This document shows, one piece after another, positions 23,722 through 36,816 of a DNA stretch of 64,000 nt. The stretch is from positions 1,364,001-1,428,000 of the forward strand of contig OZ251231.1 of assembly GCA_965240325.2 (NCBI GenBank). The letters are read 5' to 3'. The notes beneath the pieces are model-generated. The model did not search any database, was not told where the DNA came from, and saw only the letters and a program-made list of their open reading frames with translations. A program made the translations under genes and the position numbers. Source of the stretch: Rebecca billardiae RCC1528 (lineage: Eukaryota; Protista; Haptophyta). Positions within the stretch are counted from its first letter, which is position 1. The number at the start of each line of letters is the position of its first letter.

Positions 23722-24315
23722 ATGGTGCTCCTCACCATCCCACGGATGACGGCGGCGATAGCGCGCGGCTACCTGGCACGCAGACGGGGGAGCGTCGCGG
23801 AGGGCACCGGCTTCCACTTCCCGCACGTGCGCAGCGTGCGGCCCAGCGTTCTCTTCGACGTGGATCTATTCGGTCATATGAATAACGCCGCGTTCCTCGT
23901 GCACGCAGAAATGGCGCGCTGGGAGCTTTCTGCTGCGACCGGCCTCCTCGAGTATGCGCTTGCGCACAAGGCTTGGTTCATCGTGGGATCGGCGTCTGTG
24001 CGCTTTCGCCGAGAGCTCAAGCCATTTCAGCGGTTTGAGGTGCACTCGCAGCTGATCGACTTTGACGACCGATGGGTGACGGTGGTGCACGAGTTCCGAG
24101 GCGCGGGAGATCGCGCTTCGGACCTGCATGCGCAGGGTATCTGCCGCGCGGTGATCAAGACGTCCGGCGGCAAGACGCTGGTGCCTGGCACCGTGCTCCA
24201 GGACATCGGCGTCGACGTGGCGTCCAGGCCACCTATTCCACCCGAGTGGGCCGAGGTGATCGGCGCATCTGCGCGGCTCGACGACACCCTGCGCGAGCTG
24301 GCATCGCGGCCTTAG
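23722..24315 (+). CDS. Hotdog-fold thioesterase (4HBT/THEM6-like)
   Basis: DVDLFGHMNNAAFL...EMARW and VRFRRELKPFQRFEV motifs. Confidence 0.88.
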   Translation: MVLLTIPRMTAAIARGYLARRRGSVAEGTGFHFPHVRSVRPSVLFDVDLFGHMNNAAFLVHAEMARWELSAATGLLEYALAHKAWFIVGSASVRFRRELKPFQRFEVHSQLIDFDDRWVTVVHEFRGAGDRASDLHAQGICRAVIKTSGGKTLVPGTVLQDIGVDVASRPPIPPEWAEVIGASARLDDTLRELASRP

Positions 24316-25714
24316 CCGTCGGCTCATGGAGGCAGGCGGAGCCGGCGCGTGCCTGCCTGAGATCGGGCCAGCCGGCTGGGCCACGGTGTCGAGACGATGT
24401 GACATGCTCGACACGCGCCGTCCCCGGCATGCAAATGTCGGACAGCCGCGCGCTCACGTCTTAGGCTGGGCTGACTACCACTGCGACGTAGCCTGCGACT
24501 ACGGAGTAATCGGACAAAGGTCAGCAGCAAAGCTACTGACGACTGCATACACTTTAGTGCATACACCGGTAGCTGTGCCTGAGTTATACCCGGTGGATGG
24601 ACCAGACGACTCGATCTGCTGTTGCGCAGCTTTGACTTCGTCCGACTCCGGGCTCCGGCTCCGGTGGCACCCCCCCTAGCTCCGTAGTACGTCTTGGCCC
24701 CGAGCCGAAGTCAACCAAGCGGACCATGCAGCAGTAGAGTCCCTTCCGACCCCCGATTGACGATGACTTCAACGAGCAATGTCGCATCCGACCACCTCCC
24801 AATAGGTTCAGACACTATTTTTACTATGTAATTACCCGCCCCTTACTCAGATTTCAGCACAGCCCGGGAGCGTTCCGGACACCTGTATACATATGCGAAA
24901 ATGATATCCGGACTGGGTATTTAGTTATAGAAAATAGAATCTGAACCTATTGGAGGTGTGGCTGCTGATGATCCATCTGGCCGTAATATCGTCCAAGGCG
25001 GACCGCCTGGGGTGGGCTAGGAGCTATTGTAGATCATCAGAGGCGGCGATCCCGCCGATTGCTTGCAGTTTCAAGATGTAACGCTCCACTGACCGGACTG
25101 GGGGGGGGGTGGACCGAAGCCGGAGCCCACTACTCACTAGATATCGGCCGGGTGCACAGGCGCCGGAAAAATTACCGGCGCCGGGAATCGGCCTGTCGAA
25201 TCGGCGCTGACGAGTGAGGTCAGTCCGGTCAGTGGTGAGGCCCACTACAACTCCTAGGTCAGGGCTGGGGGTGGGATCGCACCGTGCAGGCAACGGCCTT
25301 GGTGCAGGCGTGCGGCCGCGTGCAGCAGGCGCAGCGGCACAGCTGGCGCTGCTCGGAATAATAATTCAGCTGCACGACTCGCATGCGATTGGTAATGGTA
25401 TGTTCGAGAACGGAGCGGGCGGTGGCTCTGCCACCAACGCCGACTTGTCGACGACCAGGCACTGCCGCCGACGAATCGGAAGACCTGTGCCGGCATGCCT
25501 GATAATAATGAGTAAGCTCACTGACTAACTGGAGAGCGGTGTCTTACTGGTGGGTTTGTGATGGGCGCGCGGACATCCGCGTGCCCATCGCCGCCACGGA
25601 AAATAAAAATAAGAAACAAAAGGGCGCATCAAAATGGTTTTCCTCATTTCCTGGGCAATCAAAGCGCCTATGATTGTGGCGCGTAATTACGTTCGGCCCT
25701 CGCCGCCATCAGCG

Positions 25715-27191
25715 ATGCACGCAACTCGCGGCTGCATGCGCACGTGCACCGCCGTGGCGCTCCTCGCGGGGGTGGCGTCAGCGTACGTTGCCCCGGCGAG
25801 GCATGGCGCGGCATCTAGCTCGGCCGCACGGCGTGGCTCTGCGCGCGCCGCCAGCGCGCGCGGCGTCACGCGCGTCGTGCTCGCGGCGGACGATCCGTTG
25901 CTGCTGCGCGCCGCGCGCGGCGAGCCAGTCGAGCGGCCGCCCGTGTGGATGATGCGCCAGGCGGGGCGGCATATGAAGGTGTACCGCGACCTGTGCGAGA
26001 AGTACCCCACCTTTAGGGAACGCTCGGAGATCGCCGAGGTCTCCACGCAGATCAGCCTTCAGCCGTGGGAGGCGTACAAGACCGATGGCGTCATCCTCTT
26101 CTCCGACATCCTCACGCCGCTGCCGGGCATGGGGATCGAGTTCGACATCCTGGAGAAGGCGGGCCCGAAGATCCGCGCGCTGCGCTCCGCCGCGGAGATC
26201 GAGGCCGTCCACCTCATGGACCCCGTCGAGGCGTGCCCGTTCGTGCAGCAGACGCTCGGGGACCTCCGGAAGGAGGTGGGCAACGAGGCGACTGTGCTTG
26301 GCTTCATCGGCGCGCCGTACACAATGGCGACGTACTGCATCGAGGTGCGCGCGGCCGCGCGCGCACCCGAGACCACCATCTCGACGCGCGCCGCACGGCG
26401 GCCCCCAGGCTCACGCCGGCGCCTGCCTCGCGCGCGCGCGCACGCCCCGCGCCCGCGCGCCGCACCGCGTTGTTGGCGCGCAGGGCGGGACGAGCTCCAG
26501 CTATCTCGAGATCAAGAAGATGGGGTTGCGAGAGCCCGAGCTGCTGCACAAGCTGCTCACCAAGCTCGCGGACAACCTCGCCGAGTACGCCTGCTACCAG
26601 ATCGAGTCGGGCGCGCAGACCATGCAGATGTTCGACTCGTGGGCGGGCAACCTCTCGCCGACCGACTACGACACCTTCTCGCACCCGTACCAGAAGCGGG
26701 TGGTGGAGAAGGTGAAGGCGAAGCACCCCGACGTGCCGTTCATCACGTACATCGCCAAGTCGGCGGCGCTGCTCGAGCGCATGGCGCAGAACGGCGGCGA
26801 CATCGTCTCGGTCGACTGGACCGTCCACCTGGCTGAGGCGCGCAAGAAGATGGGACCAGTCGGCGTGCAGGTGCGACCCGGGCGGCGTGCGTGCGGCGAT
26901 GCTGCGGCGCGGGGCGCTGGCCGCGATGCGCGCCGGCCGGTGTGCGCGCGCGGTGCGCTCACAGCCGCGTGTCCACTGCGCGCCGACGCCGGCGCCTGCG
27001 CCGCGCAGGGCAACCTCGACCCGGCGGTCCTGCTCGGCACGCCCGACGTGATTGTCGAGCGCACGCACGACGTGATCAAGCAGGGCGGCGGCAAGCAGCA
27101 CGTCGTCAACCTCGGCCACGGCATCGAGCCGTCCACGCCCGAGGAGAACGCTAAGCTCTTCGTCGACACGGTCAAGGCGTACCGCTACTGA
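25715..27191 (+). CDS. hemE: Uroporphyrinogen decarboxylase, plastid-targeted; introns 26345-26483 and 26871-27008
   Basis: [28 protein letters not shown] and NLGHGI motifs. The signal peptide ends ASA-Y and is followed by an Arg/Ser/Ala-rich transit peptide. Confidence 0.95.
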
Positions 27192-28070
27192 GCCGGCGGG
27201 CTCGCGGCGCGAGCGCCCTGGCCATGCGCCGGGTAGCCCTCCTGATCCGCGGTCGTATCGCCTTCAGCAGCGCCGCGCGATCGAGCAACCGCTGCGCTGC
27301 GGCCGCGAAGGTGGCCAAGTTCGCTGCCAAGACGGTCACGCCCCACGGTGTGACCAGACCAAGGCCAAGCCCGGCGTCTCGGTCGACACGCTGAGCTGCC
27401 CTTCCTGCGTCGATCTGCCAGCTCGGGCAGGAGTCGTAGGCGCACAGCGGGAGGCCAAGGCGGCAGGGTCACAGGTTACGGACGTATTACGGTCCGACGT
27501 TACGGTATTAACGGTATAGACGAACGCCAACAGGTCCAGGACCAAACGCGGCCTGCGTGCTACAGCTACTCTGCCTGCTCGCCGGACCGTCGGGCGTCGA
27601 CGAGGCGTCAGCCCGCCACTAAGCCGTAGTAGCAGCCTCGTCCTCGATCATTGCCAGCTTACTACTTATAGTACTTGCTACTACTACTTGCTACGCGAGT
27701 ACCCGGCGGATGAAACTATAGCTGGCACTCTGACTCAGCAGAGTCAGCTGCCGGGTACTCGTAACGGTACTAAACGGTGCCAACCCGCCACCGCTTTACG
27801 CCCTGTCGCCTTACCGCATACCGGCTTACGGCTTAGCCTTAGTCCGCCGTACTCCCCCGTAGTCGGACATCTCAGCATCCGATATATATTCATCAACGCC
27901 TCGACAACTTGTGCATACAGTCTTAGCAGCATATCAGTCCTCATCGGTTGGCAGGCCGGAGGCTTCGGCCGCCAGTCTGATCACGGTGATCACCTGGAGC
28001 CCGTTATAAAATATAAATAAAGGGGAATTTGAAAAGGCACTTCGCACTGGGCTAGCCGAGACTCGAGAGA

Positions 28071-28206
28071 TACAGTTTACTATGTTTTAACGTGCACACT
28101 TGGTTAAACACTGCACAAAGACACAGCCACAAATTACAAAACAAACCGGCGCAGGCAGGTGAGGGGCGCGTTGCCTCACCTCATCGAGGCGGCCATTGCA
28201 GCAAGC
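28071..28206. mobile_element. Dispersed repeat family 2, diverged copy
   Basis: Matches 10190-10340 with an internal deletion and small insertions. Confidence 0.7.
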
Positions 28207-28550
28207 GGCCACAGTTTGAGTCTACTCAGAATAAGAGACGCACACAGCTCAGGCAGGCGACAGTAGTGTCACAGTAGCTTACTGACCGGGAGCTAACTAC
28301 TGTTACTGTACCCGAATTATGCAGGAGCCGGACCGGGCTGGAGTGGGGAAGGTGGCCTGCCTCAGGTCAGGGCAGCCTCATCAGGCGAGACGACCGTTGG
28401 CTGCAGGCGGCCTTGCTTGTTGACCAGTGGCACGCAGTTGACGTTGCTGGGGCCTTTCGGGTCGACTGGCGCCGACTCGCCGAGCGCGGCGCGTTCGACC
28501 GGGCTGCGTTCTGGATCCGCGCAGAGCTAGCCGAGTCGCCGTCGCGCGGC

Positions 28551-29267
28551 ATGGAGCGCGATGCCGCTCTCGACGAGATCAACACGCTGATGCGACAGCT
28601 CCGCGCCGTACGGAAGCACGAGACACCGCCGGTGCGCAAGACAACCTTTGGCTCTACCATTCGCACGCCGCGCCTAGCTGCGCCCTCGAGTCCGGCGCCT
28701 GCCTACAACCCGCAGCCCGTCGCTCGGCGGAAGCCAAGCGCGATCATATCAAGCTCGACGCCACGGTTGGCCAGTATCGAGCTCGCCTCCGCGGACACGC
28801 CTGGGCCGGGTGCGTACGACACGCCTTCATCCATCGCTGCGTCGAGCTCGTCCCGGCGCGCTCCATCCAGCCGGAGCCCCGCCACCGCGGGCGAAGAGCG
28901 TTTCGCCCGGTCTTTTTACCGGGAGGACGACACGCCAGGGCCTACCGCATATCACCCCGAGCGTCAGGGCGCAGATTCGCGTGCGAAAGGGGTACGCATC
29001 GCGCGCTCTGGCCGGGAGCCAGGCACGTCGGCTCCAGACTCACCGGGCCCAGGAGCCTACACGCCACGCACCACGGCACATGGCTCGAGCGTCGCGTACC
29101 GGCGCCCGCAACGCCCACACTCGCGGGCTCAGCATGTGCGTTCGACCTTTGGCGGCACCTCCCCGCGCTTCCCGACGGACGCGCGCGATCTGGCCAACGT
29201 GCATCTAGGGCCAGGCTCCTACAACCCATCGGCGCCTGTCGACGCGCGACGAGTCCGAATGCGCTGA
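28551..29267 (+). CDS. SHIPPO/PGP-repeat (ODF3/STPG-like) flagellar protein
   Basis: Four spaced motifs: TPGPGAY, TPGPTAY, SPGPGAY and LGPGSY. Confidence 0.75.
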   Translation: MERDAALDEINTLMRQLRAVRKHETPPVRKTTFGSTIRTPRLAAPSSPAPAYNPQPVARRKPSAIISSSTPRLASIELASADTPGPGAYDTPSSIAASSSSRRAPSSRSPATAGEERFARSFYREDDTPGPTAYHPERQGADSRAKGVRIARSGREPGTSAPDSPGPGAYTPRTTAHGSSVAYRRPQRPHSRAQHVRSTFGGTSPRFPTDARDLANVHLGPGSYNPSAPVDARRVRMR

Positions 29268-30214
29268 GGTTCTGGTTCCAGGCCGCTCGCGATAGCGGCG
29301 CATTCGCAGCTTGCGTCTTGGCTGGCCGGGCGGCAGCCTGAGGATTCGAGTGGAGGTCCGACCGGCTCATCATCATCTCGGCCCGTCGTGGCTCTAAGAC
29401 TTAGACAATAGACTGTCTTAGTCAGTGCCGTACGGTCGTCAATATATTCCTACAGCGCGCGATTATATATATATAGCAGTGATTTATCCTATAATCAATA
29501 TATATATATATATATTGGGATTACCGCGAGCTCCGAGCGCTACCGATCGAGCCCTGCTAAAAGCTCACCGCGCGCGACAGGGGCCGCAGGACGGACGTCG
29601 CCTCACAGACGCCTCCACGGGCACGGGCTCACTAGTTGCCTCTGCAACTTGGCTCTGTCGAGCTTGTGACCAAGCCCCTGGCCCGGCCAAAGCCGCTGAT
29701 CGATCGAGCCTCGCCGATCGGTTCTTCGTATTCGTAGACGTATTCGTTTTGCCCCGAACTGAATTTCCTTCGGGCCAATCGGCGGCTGCGCTCGCGCCAG
29801 CCGTATCGCGTCGTTAACGCGACAGATCATCCGTGCGGGTGAGCAGCTTCGTCGCGGGAAGCAGCTGATATGATTCCACTTGCACTGGTGGTTGATGAAG
29901 GATCAAAGTCCAACGGCGGCAGCATGGCGGCCTGGCCGAGATGCTCGTGTGACTCGCCATCTGCTCGCCGCAGCGCGTCACGCCGGGTCGTGCAGCCCGC
30001 GTGCGCGCCGACCTGCAAAGATGTGTGCGCTCGGTATCGGTGCGTCGCCCCGCGTCTCACGCGTGCTCGCCCCCGACTTGCTCCAGCCCGCAGCCGCTGC
30101 GCGCGCGCCGCGCGCGCGCGCGCGCGCGCGCTGTCCGCGCACTGCTGCCTCGCAGCAGCCGCGCGTCCGCGCACTGCTATCTCGTAGCAGCCGCGCCACC
30201 GGTCCGCCTGCTGC

Positions 30215-30390
30215 GGCACCGGCCCTGGCACCCCGGCGACGACGCCATCTGCTGAGATGCGTGTCCCAGGTCGTGCCAGCTCATCCGCACTGCTGCTCTG
30301 CAGCAGCTGCGCCGCCGGTCTGCTTGCTGCAGCACCGGCCCTGACGCACCGGCGGCGACGCCATCTGCTGAGATGCGCGCGGCCCCAGGC
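30215..30390. repeat. Imperfect two-copy repeat
   Basis: CACCGGCCCTG...CGACGCCATCTGCTGAGATGCG...CCCAGG occurs twice, ~115 bp apart. Confidence 0.65.
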
Positions 30391-30694
30391 CGCGTCAGCT
30401 CACTCAACACAATATATATATATATGATGCCGCCGCGCCACGCTGACTACTCAGACTAGTGATAAGTGAAGCCTCTGTGACAGGCTGCCGAACTATTAAT
30501 AAAATTACGACTATATCTACCGTTGTTCATAATCGTCATCATCCGCGATTCTGCGTCAATAAACTGCAGTCTGACAGAGTGACAGTCTGTGCTGCGGCGC
30601 TCACAGTCTGACTCGAAGTCTAAAAATGTAAATACAATGCAAGTTACTCAGTCTAAATTCTAATAAATATAAAGTCAAATCGCTATATTTATTA

Positions 30695-31013
30695 ATGGCC
30701 CGCGGTGCAGGGCGGAACGCGCAGCGTGGAGCCCGCTCCGTGGGCCCTAACCACGTTTCAAAAAGATCTTTGATCAAAGAAAAAAGGGACTGGGCGGTGT
30801 TTTCCAGAGTGGAGGAGACCGAGTTTCGATTTTTTGAGACCTCCTTACGCATGGATTAGCGTCGAAAAAGGGCGCGTCCGCCGTCTTGAATAGTGAACAG
30901 AGGAATCAACGAAACCCACGCCCAAGTGTGCGAGGCAGGGTAATTGTGGGTAGACTCTCGTTAATGTAGTGTGACCATAGTTTGATAAAATATATATGGC
31001 CTCGCCGCGGCAA
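30695..31013. mobile_element. MITE family 1, inverted copy
   Basis: Reverse complement of ~528-840 with scattered substitutions. The second TIR was not found. Confidence 0.8.
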
Positions 31014-32509
31014 GATGCCAAGAACGACCGTTGACATAATCGTCCAACCAACTCCAATAGTGCGAGACATTGAAAAATACCCGCCGCAGCTATCCGTATA
31101 GTCGGAGCGGAGAGGGGGCGCGCGCGGCGCGTGTCATCCCCGCGTTTTGTACATCCGGGAGACGAGGCGTCGCGAAGGCGACCCTTTCGCGCCCCTCGCC
31201 GAGCCGACCCCCGCCGCCCGGGGGCGGGCTGCTGGGCGCACGAGCGCGAGCTGGCCACCGGCGTGAAGCCGAGGTGGAGCCAACTCGTCCTTCAGCTCGC
31301 AGGCGGCCCGGCTCCTGCGGCCGACCGCCCTGCTCGGGCATCCGCCTGCCTGCTTTGGCGGCGGAGGCAAAACCGTACGGCCTAGCCCGCCGCCGCCACG
31401 CGGCGGCCAGTCGGGGTGTCGTGTCGCGATTTGCGGGTGCGCGCCTCGCGGGGCAGGTGGCACTGTCCCGCCCGAGCGGTTCCGACCCCCGAAATTCCCT
31501 CGCAAGCGCCCGCGAACGCGGATCCTCGCCGCGGGCTCGCCGGGGCCCATGTGCGCACCCACGTGCCCCTGTCGAGCCAGTCTGGTGCGAGCACCGAAGG
31601 ATGGTGCGGGCCGGGAGGCGTGGTGCGCGACGCCACCGAGGCCGCGGGCCAGCTAGGCACCGCTTGCGCGCCCACCAGTAGCCTGTGGCCCGACCACGCG
31701 TTCAACCGTGGCACCCGATGGCAGTCACGGTGCTCTGCGCCTGCGGCTGGAGCGCGCTGTGCGCTCAGACGCGAGCGGCCGGGTAGACGCCGTGCGCACG
31801 CTCTGGCAGCTGCGGATCAGCATCCTGCGAAGCTCTGCTGCCCCCACCTGAATGCTCGCACCACCCACCACGCGGCCAGCCGGCCGCGCGCGCCGCGCGG
31901 CCACCTCACCCGACGACTGCGAGCCTTGGGATACTGCGCGTATATTGTGTGCTCAACGTGGGTGACAGCACAGCTGCGCCGCGGGCCCCCAACTACGTTG
32001 GTTCTGACGGAAGAGGACCGCGGAACGCGGTCCTATATATATATATTAACGACGTGGTATGCAACGGGCAGGCGTCCGGAGTCAGCAAGCTGTATAGCAG
32101 CAGATCGAGCAGCAGAGACAAACACCAGGATCAGCGCTCCTCGCCGTCGTCCCCCCCCCCCCCCCCCCCCCCCCCTCGTAGTCGCCCATCACTCCATCGC
32201 CGAGCGGAAGCTCGACGCACCGTCTGGCGTCGACGCGCGCGCGCCACCGCGCGGTGTATATGATACACGCATAGTATATATTCAAAAAAACGGGATGCAC
32301 TAGCTGGCCAGGGCCCGGTGGCCGGTGGCGGCCGGACGGCGCTTCGGCGGCCCCGGCCCGCCCGGGCCCCCGCTCCGGCCCGCCCGGGCCCCCTCCCCGG
32401 GCCGCCGGCCGGGGCCGGGGCCGGCCGGGCCGGGCCGCTGCCAGCCCCACCCGCGTCCCGCCCCACCGGCCGCAGGCGGTGACTGCCCGTAATAATATCA
32501 ATCACCGTA

Positions 32510-35500
32510 TCAGATGGCGAACGCACGGATCGCGTTCATGATCACCTGCATGCCACCCGTGTCCTTGTCAGTGCACATGTTCAGCCCGGCCGCCTCAAAC
32601 TCAGCTCGCTCCGGTGAGCCGGCCGGCTCCCCTGTCAGCCCGATGATCTTGCCCGCGTAGCCGCGCGCGCGCAGCTCCTGCGTGCAGCGCATGCCGTTCA
32701 TGCGCGGCATGTTGTTGTCCATCAGGATGAGCGAGAAGGGCGGCTTGCCGTCCTGCGCGCGCTGCACGACGAGCTCGATCGCGTGCTGCCCGTCATTGGC
32801 CGTCTCCCACGCCGCGCCGAGCGGCTCCATGGTGACCTGCGGGAGCGTCATCTGCAGGAACTCGTCATCCTGCGCGCGCGGCCGCGGCGGGTGGAGGCGT
32901 AGTCGAGGTTCGAGGAGCGCGCGCGGTGGGTAGGGGAGTTTGTGTGAGAGCAGGTGACGCACACGCCATCCCAGCAGACTAGGGTGCCTGCTCCGCCCCC
33001 CTCCTCTCTCCGCCCCGCGCGCGCGGAAGGGCGGGGGACGGCGCCTACGACGCAGCCCGGGGGCGCCTGCGACGCAGCGCGGCACAGCCGGTCAGTGCGA
33101 GCGCACTGCGCACCTCGACGTGGAGGCAGCAGAAATCCGGCGGGAACGTGAGCTTCTGCCCCGGCTGCCCCTCGGGCGCCTCTCCTTCTGTGAGCGGGTC
33201 GGGCGTCGGGCCCGGATGCGACTTCTTCGTCTGCTCTGTGCTCGTAGGCACCCTGTGGGCGCGTGCCGGCTCGTCAGCGGGCGGCATGGCACTCGGGGCG
33301 GTGGTCGATGATGAGCGCGCGGAAAGCTCTCGACGCGGGGTCGGTGGCCCGCTCAACGAAGCCTGAGACGCCGAGCCGAACGAGACGACGCTGGCTTGCG
33401 AGCCCGACTGTCGTACGCTGGACCTGGCACTACTCATAGCGGGGTGGTCCTTGCCGACCGACGTGGGCTTGACGTAGAGGCGCATCTCGAAGGAGGTCCC
33501 GCGACCCTCGCCCGTCGACGTGATGAGGAGCGAAGAGTCGTTGTGCAGCTTCAGCAGCGATCGTGCGATCGAGATGCCCATCCCGCTGCCGCCTGCGGCC
33601 GTGCGACGGTGCGAGCGCGAGCGCGAGCAGCAGTGGCCGCAGCAGCCAAGATACACGCAGTCAGTCAGACAGACGGACAGACAGTCAGACAGACACGCAG
33701 ACAGGCAGCAGGCAGACCGACAGACAGACAACAGGCGCAGAAACGGACAGACGCCACGCCACGAGTAGGGGATGGGGACCGGCGTGGAGGACGGGCGCAG
33801 GGGCCGCGGTCACGGTCATGTACGCGGCGCGGGGCGACGGCGCAGTCTTGACAGCCCACGCCGCGCCGCGCCGCGCCGCTTCGTACGCGGCGGCGTGCGC
33901 ACCTCGGTGCATGAGCGCGCTGCCCAGCCCCGCAAAGGTCTCCCCGGCGTTCAGCTTGGCGCACTCCTCCTGCGTCAGGCCGACGCCATCGTCGACCACG
34001 GCGATGTGCAAGCGCTCGAAGCCCTCGTCCGCGCGCTCGTTGTGCATGCTGAGCCACGCCTTGAAGTAGATCGAGTTGCCCGGGTCGGTGAACTTGATCG
34101 CGTTGCTCACGCCGTGGTTGAGGCACTGCTGCAGCCGCCACTGGTCGCCCAGCCACACGCTGCGCTCGAGCTGCTCGTCGATCGCCGCGGGCACGAGGCT
34201 CACGCCCTTCTCGCGCGCGAGCGCCTCGAAGGTGACGGCCGTGTCCTCGAGCAGCGTGCCGATGGTGAAGGGCTCGAAGATGAGCGCGATGCGACCGCTC
34301 TCGATCCGCTCGAAGTCGAGCATGTCCGAGACGATCTTCTGCAGGTGCATGGCGCAGGTGTTGAGCGCGTGCAACGCCTTGGTCACGCGCTGATCGCTGA
34401 GCACCGTCGACGGGCTGTGCGCGCCGAGGCCGACGAGCATCTGGGTCGCGCTGGTGACGGAGAGCAGCGGCGATCGCATGCCGTGCATCACCACGCGGAC
34501 CAGCCGGCTGCGCGCGCTCTGCACCTCCAGCGCGACCTTGGCCTTCTCCTTCTCGCGCTTCTGCAGCGCGCGCAGCTTGGCGGCGCGCGCCTTCTCAAAC
34601 TGGCGGTGCACGCGCCGGCGCTCCCTCTGCGCGACGAGGACGGTGCGCCGGAAGGCCCACTCGCCGCGCGCCACGCTCGCAAGCCGGCAGCGGCAGATGC
34701 TCGTCGCCAGCGCGAGCAGCACGAGCGAGCCGAACGTGTACGGGCACGAGCCCATGCTCATGTCGCCGACCGAGTGCTCGGCGAGCATGTCGAGCGCGCC
34801 GCCCGCGCCGACGGCAACGAGGAGGAAGAGGAAGTAGTACGCGGTGGTGAGCGGCACGTACGCGCTCGTGAGAGCGAGGAACGCGCCGAGTCGTAGCATC
34901 AGCGTCACCTTGGGCGCGCACGCCTCGCTCACGGCGAGCAGCTGGTGGTATCGCAGCACCAGCGCGAGCGCGACGAGCACGGCGACGCTGACCAGCTCCA
35001 TCAGCCACATCGGCCAACTGCAGAAGTGCGCGGTGCGGAAGATGAAGGCCATCTGCATGACGAGCACGATCAGCAGCATGTTCGCGCTCCAGCCGTGCAT
35101 CTCCGCGCTGATATCCTCGCCAAGGCCGTGCGAGAAGAGTGAGACGAACGAGAGCAAGTTGAAGGCGGCAAACCACGTGAGGACGTGCGACATGCACTGC
35201 CCGAGTTTGGGGTAGAATTCCTCCTTGCGATAGAGGGCCTCGACGTACGCGTCGGCGAACGAGCCAGTCCACAAGCGCTTCAGCTCGGGCAGGTCCTCGA
35301 TGCCGACGTCAAAGTCGGGCGGCATGCTCTCGTCGCGCGGGTCCGTGCTGTCCCGGGACGCCGGGGCACCTTCTTCGTCTGCTCCCGGCGCGCCTGAGTC
35401 GAGCGAGGTGGGGTCGGCGTCAGACGAGCTCTTCGTCGCGGTCGTCACCACGTCGAAGTCCTCCCGGAGCGAGTGGGCTAGCAGCGCGCGCATGTCTGCC

Positions 35501-35625
35501 GGGTCTGCCTTCTTGAGCTTGTCGGCGGGCTGGTCGAGCGCGGCCATCGCGTCGCGAGGTTTGATGGAGGTCAGCGAGCGGCGAGCCGGCGAGCGGCCGC
35601 GAAGCTGAAAGCGTGTGGAGATCAT
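32510..35625 (-). CDS. Membrane-bound hybrid histidine kinase (TM helices-HisKA-HATPase-receiver); introns 33593-33902 and 32870-33113
   Basis: H-box VMHGMRSPL, N-box SNAIKFT, G1 DDGVGL, spliced G2 GGSGMG and receiver HVEDD...LILMDNNMPRMNG; about six N-terminal TM segments. Confidence 0.9.
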
Positions 35626-36816
35626 GATCCTGCGCAAAAGCGCGTCGGCTCATCATCCATATTTCGTCCAGTCATCGATGAATGCTACGGTTCGCAATGT
35701 TTCCTGAATACAGTTTGCAAAATTCAGCGTCCTACGGCGATGGCGGTTCCATCCGTTGTTGTCCATTCTACCGTGATCAATGAGTGAATGGGTAAAAAAT
35801 GGGAATACGAATTCAAGTGTGGGTTCTGAGCTCTAGGACATCCCCCATCGGCAGTTTGTACGAAGAACAGGCGACGCACACAACCCTCACCGACCTTGCC
35901 TCCGCACCACTCTCTCCCAGGCGATCGACAGAAGGCGCTCGCGAGTTTGGTTCGCTCGAAGGCTGATGAATTCGATGAAATTAGTCAGTCGTAATTTTTA
36001 TATTACTGTCGCTTCGCCAGGATGGCGCGCACTTTTCCGGTTCGTCTTCATCCGCAAGCTCGCGGGCAGGGCACTCTTCTGCAGCTGGGGTGCACCGTGG
36101 AGTCCGCCTGAACAACAGTATCGCGGGATCGTGTCTCCTGACTGAAGGCCAGGGCGCCAGACGCAGGCGCGCATTGACTGCGTCGCATCTGAGTAGTCCC
36201 ACTGTCCTACTCCAGTAGTCACTGACGGATGCCGGCATCTAACCGCGTGGGTCAGCGGCCGCGGACGCGCCCGCCGAGGCGGGTGGGTCAGCAGGCGTGC
36301 AGATATCGGCGCTGAGGCCGGGATGGATGCATGCGCGTGCTGTTCTGCAATCTGCAGTGAGTGCGGGCCGAGCCGGGCCTGCGCCCTGCGCTCGACCGCC
36401 CGGCGCGTGGTCGCGGCACTCGTTGGGCAGTGCGCGGGGCGGCGCCCGAATTACGGCTGCAGAGTACAGTATGTGTCGGTTCAGCCCGCGCATAGCAAAT
36501 GAGCAAACGCGACCGTGTTGCAGTTCCACGACACGCTCCAGGACGCGACCCCCGCGTGCAAATGTGCGATCGACGCGCTGTCAAGGCTATCTCCCTTGGC
36601 CGGACAAACGCGCTCGGTGCGCTCCCCCGCTGGCTCGGCAAGCCATGGAGCCGATGGCTCTGGCGACTGCCTTTTGGTACGGTGCCTGTCGCGCGAGGCG
36701 AGCCGCGTGCCTTCACGTGCTGCCTGCGGCACGCCCGTTTTGCCCGGACGTTCACTGTCCGGCTCAGCCGGTGCGGCTGCAGATTAGTAAGTTACCACGA
36801 GCCTTCGGTCGTTTTC

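Noticed and set aside
35962-36000. Hammerhead-like CTGATGA...GAAA core
   Set aside because: Stem II has only 2 bp and stem I would rely on two G-U pairs and one A-U pair. It is a single copy and probably chance.
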